Source: Podarcis gaigeae
Lineage: Eukaryota
Length of the DNA stretch: 64,000 bases
Assembly (NCBI GenBank): GCA_964106915.2
Contig: OZ066926.1
Strand: one strand, 5' to 3'
Of this stretch, positions 54,351 through 64,000 are shown in pieces. The notes under the pieces are model-generated. The model was not told where the DNA came from. It worked only from the letters and a program-made list of their open reading frames with translations, and ran no database searches. The first letter of the stretch is position 1, and each line of letters starts with the position of its first letter. The position numbers were made by a program, and so were the translations under genes.

Positions 54351-57300
54351 TTCCCTTCCCTTCCCTTCCCTTTCCAACATCCCGCCTGAGGAAGAATTCT
54401 GGAGAACTCGGAAGTTTGCTTGCTAATTTCATACATTTTGCTTGGCGCAAATAAAGGCATTTGCCCCCAAAATTTGGAATTTTTGCGTATGCGGTTTAAA
54501 TTTTTGAGAGTGATGCGCATTCTCTCTCCCCGAGATAATGATACCTGGCCTGCCTTACAGGGTTGTTGTAAAGATTGTAGAATATTTATATATATAGGGG
54601 GGTTGATAACGGCCACCATCTCAAACAGGGGTTTATTCCGAGGTAAAGGTCCTCTCTTGTGAAATCCTGAGCGCTGCCCCGCTCAGGATTACTTTGCTGT
54701 GCCCCCGCTCCCCGCATCTGCTATTTGACAATAAACGTTCTGTCTTCCACGCGGGGGTCTTCATATGGCAAACCGGTCTTCATATAGCAAAGCGCACGGC
54801 TTCCTCCAAACAAACCTGGGAACTGTAGTTTACCCCTCTCATCGCTACAATTCCCAGCACCCGTAACAAACTAAGGCTCCCAGAATTCTTTTGAAGGAGA
54901 GACTGTTCTTTAAACGCCTGTGGTGTGCAGGCAGTGGAAAGGGTGAATCAGGATTGAATGGAGGTGGGCTGGAATTTTGACGTGTGACCGCTGCTGGAGA
55001 AAACCCGTGTGCACGGGGAGCACAAAACCCACAATAAACACCCACTTGGAAGCTGGCAATGTGGAAGGTACAGAAGCGAAGTACTTTACTCCCGAAGTTG
55101 CTCTCAGAGCAAACTACTGCTGCACAACAGGAGGTGCTCTCGGTAGTGCTTTGAGCAGAGTTGGAAATCTGAGGCTGTCACGTGCAGCCTGTGTTGGCGT
55201 TTACTTAGAATTGTAAACTTGGGAGGGACACGGAGGGTCATCTAGCTTAACCCCCTTGCAATGCAGGAATCTTTTTGCCCAACGTGGGGATGGAACCCAG
55301 AACCCTGAGATCCAGTCTCTGCAAGCGTGTTTTAACTCCCTCCCTTCAGCGGGGGCATAATTTGGAAATGTCTCGAAAGCAGAAAGAGAAGTTATTCTCC
55401 AATCCCATACAAGTCTACTCCGCAGTAAGTCTCATTGAGCCACACGCTTCTGATGTTAATGCGGTACAAATTGAGTCGCTTGTCATTGTCCTTTTTTTGC
55501 GGGGGAGGGGGAAGGTTTAAACAAGAACGGGGGTTCAAATCCGACTGGACGTCTTTGTCTCGAATAGAAACCCGTTTCCCTCCCAGAGCCCCCTGGGCTC
55601 CACCCCACAGTCTCAAACACGCCCCCCTATCACTGCCCCCCTTTCTCCCCTCCCATTTCCTTCCCCCTGTCCCGTGCTGGAATTTGCTCCCCCTCCCTTT
55701 CCATCCTGCATCCCATCAGAGGACAAGCAACTTGGAAGAGGTCTAGGTGTCTGGGAGGGGGGCTCCCGCCCCAAATCCGCACTCCCGCCCCAAAGTCTCC
55801 TGCCCCGAGATCAAGGTGAGGGGCGCACGGAAATGTATTTATAATTGGGGGGGGGGGGAGGGATGTGTCGAACCAGGGATATTTTGATGGGTATAAAAAG
55901 CCCGAGGAGACTCCCTCCTCGGGGGGAGGGGATGATTTCTGCTGTATTGCAATATTTTTCTGGGTCCCATAGAACTAATTCTGCCCACCCCAAAGTCTCT
56001 TACTGCAAGATCAGGGAGGCAGGGAGAAATTTGGCAGCTGTAGTTAGTTACTTTCCTTCAGAGGTATTGGTACTTTGTTAAAAGAAAGACGAAAGAAAGA
56101 GATCTAAAGGCTCCTTTCATGTTATTTTGCTTTTCTCCCATTTGGTTCCGCCCCCCCCCCCCTTTAGGGAAATAATTTAAGGGAGAGCGGGAATGGGTGT
56201 GCGTTTTAAAAGCCCATCACAATTTTATGGGTTATTTACTGTAAGGAATATATTTTCGACCAGTTCAGATCCGGGAATTTAACATTCTTGTTAAATCCAG
56301 AACGGTGGCGGGTGGGGAGGTTTGGATCGTGAATTGGGAAGGTGGGTCTGGAATGTGGGTTATGTTTTATTTCTACAGAATGGGCTTTGCTGAAAAAATG
56401 GAAAAGGAACTCTGTCGTGAGTGGCAAAAAGGCAAGGAATGAGGGTAAGGGTGGGGTGGGGTAGCTTTAGCAGGAAAGACCTACAGGGTGGGAAGCGTTT
56501 GACTAAGGAAAACTTGGCAATTTCTTTTTACGTGGTCTGGGGATAAACATTGCCCGTCTTCTTTCTCCCCTTCATGTACCTTCATCTTCAGCACACATGA
56601 TAGCAGGAGATGTGTTGCCCTACAGGAAATCTGTAACCTGGGCCTGGACAAGGGGACTTTCCCACCCCCAGTTCGTTTGTTGTTTATTTATTTAGCTTTC
56701 CCTAAATCAGATAATTTACCTGCTTTCCCACCGCTTCCTTAGCCGCTTCGTCTGAAGGGGATAAATCAATGTTTTATGTATTTACAGTTATTTTCCTAAA
56801 AAATAAAATTAAACAGTGTTACACTCTTAGTTGTTTTGATACTTAAAACATGGTGCGCTCTCCATTTGAATAAAAAAATAAAATAAAACAGTTCCCAAGC
56901 TTGACCACATTCGTAATTTTTATTGCAGTAATTTTCACGAGGAGGTGGGAAACAGGCAAAGCTTTAAAGTTAAAAGTACATAAATACGGCATTGTTCTTT
57001 TTAAAAAGCAGAGTATATGAACATTGGGAACCAAAAATAACTCCCTCCATTTTGATGTCCAGAGGTTACGATTGAAGGTTGTTTGTGTATGTGGGGAAGA
57101 TTTTGCCATTCTCTTGATAGGCCTCTCAACTTTTTTTGGCTGTTAGGGAGCTGCTTGGATCCAAACTCCCCTCAGTTGTGCCTGAATACACAGTTTTCTT
57201 GCTACTGGCATGATATAGAAAGGACATAAAGGGACCATTGCTCCTATGCCCTGCCCCGCAAAAATTCAAAAGTATGTCTAATCATCGTCCAGAAGCATCT

Positions 57301-58374
57301 TTATTTCTGACCAGCCTGCTGATTCTGCACACTTTAGAAGCCATAGTGAGACAGGGCTGTGTAGTGGTTAGACTTCAAGGAGAGACCTGAGTTCAAATCC
57401 CACCTCAGCCATGAACTTTTGGCCAGAACTTAGCCTAGCCTACCTCACAGGGGGGTTGCCAGGATGCAATTGGTGAGAGCCCTTTAACCACCCTTTGCTT
57501 TTTGAATAACATAAACAATAATTTGTACAAAATTGTACAAACCAGTGTGCCAGGCCTGAAGGCCATAGCCACCAACTTGTTTGCTATGATTAAAGAGGGT
57601 GGTGAGCATTTAAAATTTTCAGTATGTCCAAGAGACGGTCTTTAAACTTTATGTAGAATCCACAATACCATTTCTAATGCTAACCAGGCCTTGACCTGCC
57701 CATCCTCCCAGTTAGGCCTAGGAATTTTACCTCGGCCTGTTCGTTTGGAGTCTTCCAACTCTGAAATGCTCTTTTTTGTCTGAGGAAAGGCTTCCTTTCA
57801 TATAGATTAGCCTAATCACAGTTTGGCTGAAGTGGCACGGGGGGGGGGGGGATGGGACACACGTTTCTCTGAATTTTTTCAGTGAGAGAGACTTCATTTT
57901 ATTTCATATTGTGTGAGTGACACTGAGTAACACCACCTTAGTAGTTCTTAATTATTACAGTTGTATCCTGTTACTCCTCCAAGGGGATCAAGGAGGCATA
58001 CATAGTTCTCCCTCTTAATTTTGTTAATTATTTGAATTTAAAGGGAATTAAATATGAAAACTCCGAATAAATTGCTTGTGGGATCCAAGCAGACTTTTTC
58101 ACCTTCCCTCTCCTCCTCTCTCTAGCTCCCTTGCAGTCCCAAGCCCCACAAAGCAAATTAGGGGAAGGGGAAGAAGCTGCGGGGGAGACGAGAGGAGGGT
58201 AGAATCCTGTTGCATGGACAGCTTTGGATACATCACTTCATTGTTTTCATAGGGGACCAGGATTGCCTATGAATTTCTGCCAACTGCATTGTAAATGCTC
58301 ATGTATGAACGTTCCAGAATCACAGCATGTTGTTTTCTTTTGCCCACTCCCATCTCATTTCAGACACATCCACC

Positions 58375-61187
58375 ATGGGGGTCAGCCGCGGCTGCTTGCT
58401 GTGCGTTAAAGTGAAGATGTTCGTCTTCAACCTCATCTTCTGGGTGAGTTGCAGTGGGTCCGTGCACCTCCCCTCAGATAAGGTTGTGTGAAAGTCAAAA
58501 AATTCTTCATCGGATAGCCTTTCCGTCTACATCTGACCTGGGGCCTCCCAGGATTAGTGGGAAGGGCTTATGGGCCTGTTATTGACGGCAGGACATTTCT
58601 CTTTTAATAAATAAGTAACGCAACAAGTTGCCTTACGGGCTTGTAAGGATGAACAAGATGGAAAGTGCATTTGTGTGTTAAACTGCTGCCATTTTATAGC
58701 AAACCAAAAATCTGCCTGTAGACTGCCTGAGAGACCCCGCTCTCCACTATTGGCTGAACCGCTTGTGATGTCACAGAAGTTTCATCGGCATTGTCATGGG
58801 CAAGGGGGTGTCAGCAACAGAATGTTGACAGCTGCTTTATTTGTTCCAATAAAAACTTGGCACAGGATTAGGAGTCAGGAGGAACTAGGTCTTGTTTGTG
58901 GGAAGGGGCTGAACTGAGAGCTTTTGCGGCTGGTGAGTGGAGACTCAGCCGATGATCTCTTCCACAACAGCATCCTGGACGGAGGGGGGGGAGGTTGTAC
59001 CATCAGAGGTGGGGAACCTCAGGTCATGCACATCTCTCCAGACCTCTCTACTTGACCCTCAGGACTCTGCCCAAGCCACACCCCTCACTAGCCTTGATCT
59101 TCACCCTCCTCTAGTGATTCTACATGCCTGACATGTGTCCCCGAACAGTGATATAGCTTGCCTTCTCTCCCCGTAGCTCGGCGGCTGTGGGGTGCTTGGC
59201 GTGGGCGTATGGCTGGCTGTGACCCAGGGCCGCTTTGCCACCTTGTCGTTCTCGTTCCCGTCTCTGTCGGCAGCGGGGCTTTTCATGGCGACTGGAGCCA
59301 TCATCATGGTTGTGGGCTTCCTCGGATGCTTGGGGGCGGCCACAGAGCACCGCTGCCTCCTGCTGACGGTAAGAGGTATCTCTCCACTGGGTGTTACATT
59401 GGGGAGGGGGTGAGTGTAAGAGATTCGGATTAAATTGGTGCAGAGGTGTCTAATGAGATCTTCGGTAGGAGAAGGTGCCCGGCAGAGAAATGGCTTAATT
59501 CAAAGCACAGTTTCTCTACAGAACCTATGTTAAATGCAAGAATGCTCAGCCCTGCTTTGGAGCATAGGCAGAGTGCAGTCATCAGTAGGAAGCAGAAAAG
59601 TGCATTTCTGAGATGCTGTGGACAAGATGGGGTCCAAGAGGTGCATTTTTCTGTGCATAAAACCATTGGGAGCAGTAACATACCTTCGCTTGTGGGACAT
59701 CTTGCTTTAGATATGTTGTTGCTTTCAACTTTTCTTCCTGACTGTGACTTGGCTGGCTGGCTTGAGCGATGCAGAGGTGTGGGTTCCGCATGTATCTTTC
59801 AGCCACGCCAGTGATCTCTGCTTGCGGCGGCAACTTGTGCTATTAATTCAACTGTGGGTGGCTGGGAGGAAGGAAGGAGGGATTGCAGGGTTAGTTGAAC
59901 CAGAGGGCCTGATTGCATGTATGTGATCCTGTGACTGCAATCAAGTATGGAGCGGGGGGGGGGGAGTGCGGAGGTGGGGGCACACTTTTTTCAGAGATGC
60001 ACATATCTGTAAACACAAAACTGTGTTGTATGAGGCTTTCTCCTTCTCCCTGTAATTGCTGATTTGGGTATATCTCTTCCCTAGTTCTTCCTGGTCCTCT
60101 CCACCCTCTTCCTCCTGGAGCTGGTTGGGTTGCTGGTTTTTGTCACCTGTAGAGACAAGGTAAGGACCTTCCTCACCCCGTATGTAGAATGAGGATGGTG
60201 AGATCCAGTTCATTTGGGCAACCTGCAGTCTGCAGGCCACATTCAGCCATCACAGGCCTGCAGTGCAGCCCCCGCCCCTTGCCACTGCTGAGTGCACACT
60301 CTGATACAAGATAGTTTACTTAAAGATGCCATTATAATACTGGCAGCTCCCTGTAGCACCCGTGCTCTTAACAGATGCGTATGCAGAGAGGAAACGGATT
60401 CAAACCATGAGCCTGTCTCGATTCTCGTGGAATGAGGAAAGAGCCCATTGTATAGACCTCATGAATCATCATCCTGTACCTCCCCGCCACACCCCATATA
60501 CTTCTTCAAACTTTGGGGTCTGCCAAGCCTGTTGATACTTCCCCACTTGTTAATGGATGGTGCCATTTTTGGCTACATTAGGAGCCACACTCAGACATTG
60601 AGTTTGCTTGTATCATGTATACGGAACAGTTGCATAGTGGATAAAGTTATTTGAGCTACATGCTTTCTTAAGATAGCAGGTTTTAATTCCTCCTTGGAAT
60701 TTGGAATATTGCACCATTTCATTTAGGGTGGTATCTTCCAGAAAGAGGTCTGGAGCCCACGGTATTAGGAAGTGAGGGAAAAGAGAAGGGAGGTTTAAAA
60801 AAGAGTGGGGGCTGGACTTCAGACTGTTGGAGTGAACTACTTGGCAAAGTCTCCACCCCTAACTTGAACATCGGAGGGTTTCCCGATACTCCTCCAGTTT
60901 GGAGAAGTTCAGAAGAAAAATGGCGGGGTAGGGTTTCCATCCAACTTTGAATAAGCACCATGAGGGCTGTGCTTGCCCCATCAAGTCGAAGTCATAATCT
61001 AGTCTCTGCATCACTCTTACCATCACACACACAAGTGCTGGTGGTCCATTGGGTGTGCTTATTTTGTCCCTTCTCTAGTTTGATAGATATGCCCAGTCCA
61101 ATCTAAAGGAAGGACTTCAGCTGTATGAGACAGAGGGAAATGTGGGTTTAACCAGAGCATGGGACGTTGTGCAGAATGAGGTGAGTG

Positions 61188-61234
<47 letters not shown>

Positions 61235-62825
61235 ACAGTACTTCCAAATTGTCATCAGCCACATCCTAGCAAATTCAGGCTACTCAACTAAAGCTGATTT
61301 TGAGTTCTTGCGCAACAAACCCACTTCCCTAATAGATTGGGATTTTTTTTGCAAGAAAGAGGTGGGGGAAAGGCAGTAGGAAGTGTGGGATGGCGCTTGC
61401 ATCATGAATTGCCATCTAATCTGTCCACAAACAGGTCATCTGGAAGCAAATTTAGAGAGCTAAGAAGCAGCCAGGGAGATCTCCCCCACTTTAAGCATCC
61501 TCATTCCATTTTGGAAGAGTACCCCCTGCCTGTGTGAGACTGATTTCTCCCTTTGCTTCCCAGTTTCGCTGCTGTGGGGTGCAGAACTACACAGACTGGT
61601 TTGAGGTCCGCAACAGAACGTGGGTTCCTGAGTCCTGCTGCTTGCAGCAAAGTGACATATGCCAAGTGGACAGCGCCAGCTGGTGGAAGGAGGTGAGATG
61701 GCAGCAGGAATTGCCCTCAAGGAACAGAGATTCCCCTACGGCTGTGGGTTCCAAATTGGGTTGTCCACTGACCTCCCTCCCGGAATGCTTGTGTCCTGAG
61801 CAAGTGGCAAATGGCTAAATGCAGGGTCCGATTACCAAGGCTGGCCTGCACTAAAACCCTCCAGCAGACCTCTTTCTTGGAGCTGTTGAGGTTGAGAGGG
61901 CCTTTGACACACTGTCCTGCGACAAAAGTATCAGCTTCCGGCTTTTGACCGTAGATTCTCACCTCCCTCTCTGACTATACAACACACTCAAAATTACTTG
62001 TGTGCTGTTCTAACTTCATGGCTTATCCCAGTGAATCCTGAGAACTGTCACTCAAGGAGGTGCTGAGACTTCTCTGTTTTTAACATTTTGTGCATTAAAT
62101 GTTGAGCTGTCTCAGGAAGGAGGGAATGATGAAACCAGAAGGGGAAGGGGTTCCTAGTCTTTGGTGGTCTACAGACCAGCACATGACTTTTATGAAGCCC
62201 CCAAAAATTTCAAGACTAGCTACTCTGTGTGTCTTCTTGCTGTTAGCAATATGCAGTAAGACAGAGGGCCTTTGTGGATTGCTTTTCCTGAGGAAAGTGG
62301 CCTAGCCTAGTCCTCTTCTGATGTTTCAACCCAACTGAGTTTTGGTGACGGCTGCAGCAATGTCTTTGATTTGCTTCATTAATGCTGCTTCTCAAAGCTG
62401 TCGTGTTAATTTAACTCATCTTTTTAACTGTGAGATTTTCTTGCTCTTTTTTTTTGAGCAAAATAGCATATTTGCTTTATGATTTTAAAAACATCATGTT
62501 ATTTATACTTAAAAGTCGCTAATGAGACGCAGGCTATAAATATATTGGGGGAAAACAACACCTAGTCCAGGCTGTAGTGTGGATGCATCCTATTTTATTT
62601 AGCTATCTTCCTCCCTTCCCCAATATATTTTACTCTCAAAAGACTTACATAAAAGGAGAGTGGCAGTCAGCCTATTAGCGTGACCAGCCTGGGTTGCTGC
62701 AGTTTTAACGATATAGGCAAATTAGAACAGGTTCAGAAAAGAGCACTGAAAATGACCTGCTGCATGGAAAATAATCCTGGGAAGAAAAGTTGAAGGAACC
62801 GGGTATGTTTATTCTGTTTATACTG

Positions 62826-62865
<40 letters not shown>

Positions 62866-63609
62866 GCCCTCTTCAAGGAGAAGTGCTGTCACATAAAGCA
62901 GAGGCAGGGAACTTCGGGTCAAATGCAGCCTGCCAGGCCTATCTGTCTGTTGAAATTTCCCTCAGCCTCATCCCTCACTGGTGCTGCTTCGTATCTAGTG
63001 TTTTTGCCTGACTGAGTATGTCCTTGAACTCTCCTAATGCCTGTTGCTAGTCTGGATGGAGGACAGAGAGGGGTGACTGTGCAGAAACCAGTCTAGTTAC
63101 TGTACAGTGGTAAAATTTACCTTCACTCCTTCACCCATCCTAGCCTGCAGCTCCCAGCTAGTTGCCAAGAAGAAAATGCAGCCCTCCAGCTGGCAAAGGT
63201 TCCTGTTGCAGAAGAAAGGCTTGTTCACTTCAGCCCAATGCATCAGAAGGGGGGAGACTTTAAGTTATAGGAGCTGATTTGGGCTGACTATTCAGTTTAA
63301 TACTCAACCCAAATATTCAACTGATTGATGGCAAGCGCAGTTCCACAATGGAATAAATGATCCAGAGTTCCTACTAGAAACAGCTTGCATGTTAAATAAA
63401 CGTTAAAATGGAAGACGACATTTTTTCGGTGCACAAGAGTGTCATCAACCCAGATCGGAGGCACTGCCTCTTCTTGCCAATGCTCTCTGGTGACCATGTT
63501 TGTTTTGTGCTCTATTCCCCTAAAGCCCTGTTACGAGAAGGTGAAACGCTGGCTAGGAGAGAACATCTCAGCCATGGGCATCTTTGCCGCCTGCATCATT
63601 GTTGTCCAG
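58375..63609 (+). CDS. Tetraspanin-4-like protein (TSPAN4/TSPAN9/CD53 subfamily), 3'-partial: join(58375-58443,59177-59368,60085-60159,61079-61180,61564-61692,63526-63609,...)
   Basis: MGVSRGCLLCVKVKMFVFNLIFW|LGGCGVLGVGVWLAVTQGRFATLSFSFPSLSAA..GFLGCLGA..|FFLVL..RDK|FDRYAQSNLKEGL..|FRCCGVQNYTDWFEV..VPESCC..|PCYEKVKRWLGEN..VVQ. CCG motif, 6-Cys large loop, all phase-0 exons (69,192,75,102,129,84 nt) as in TSPAN4. Final exon not in the window. Confidence 0.92.
61189..61230. repeat. (CA)n microsatellite
   Basis: Seen directly. Confidence 0.95.
62828..62861. repeat. (GT)n microsatellite
   Basis: Seen directly. Confidence 0.95.
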
Positions 63610-64000
63610 GTGAGCAGGAACAGCCATGGGAGGGGACGTGCCTGACCTGAGCAACTGCTGAGGCCGCTCTGGTGCAACAACGCATGTGCCACCCATTACC
63701 ATCAGCACAAGAACAGAAGGTGGGGTTGTCTGCAGGGGACCACAGCATAGGATGCAGGAATTCTTTCCAACCCTGGCCATGGTCCCACAGGGAGTAAATA
63801 AATAAACTGGAAGCAACACGTAAACTGGTGCAATCTGTGCTTTCAAAAGGCATCCCCCTTTAGGAGAGAAGACTGTCCAGGAGGATGGTTTCCTGACTGG
63901 GAAAAGACCACATAGAAGCTGCCCCTGCCACCTCCAGTTTGTACAAAATGGGCCAAGAAGCAGGTGACTGGGAAGCCGGAAGCCAGGATATTGGCTCATT

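Noticed and set aside
53664-54619. Long ORFs (163, 240, 155 aa) over the POLR2L/tetraspanin CpG island
   Set aside because: Low-complexity Pro/Arg/Gly translations from GC-rich, stop-poor promoter DNA and (CCCTT)n; no recognisable domain.

Overview
Vertebrate genomic DNA, most likely a squamate and probably a lacertid lizard (inferred from its SINE, L2, hAT-MITE and Penelope repeats). It holds four intron-containing genes, reconstructed by hand from splice signals. (1) GYS1, muscle glycogen synthase: minus strand, 16 coding exons at 26468->3447, 731 aa, plus a probable extra 5' non-coding exon. (2) PRMT1: plus strand, head-to-head with GYS1, 30342->47732, 351 aa, or 369 aa with the NES-type cassette exon. 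(3) POLR2L/RPB10: minus strand, 67 aa. (4) A divergent TSPAN4-like tetraspanin: plus strand, head-to-head with POLR2L, last exon outside the window. The main points of interest are a Penelope-type inverted-repeat insertion with an intact minimal hammerhead ribozyme in the sense strand of a PRMT1 intron; a POLR2L-TSPAN4-like pair beside PRMT1/GYS1 that may be a retained whole-genome-duplication paralog block absent from the human locus; and a strand-polarised array of 11 CCAAT boxes upstream of PRMT1. Most six-frame ORFs supplied are spurious. There is one assembly gap (7139-7285).
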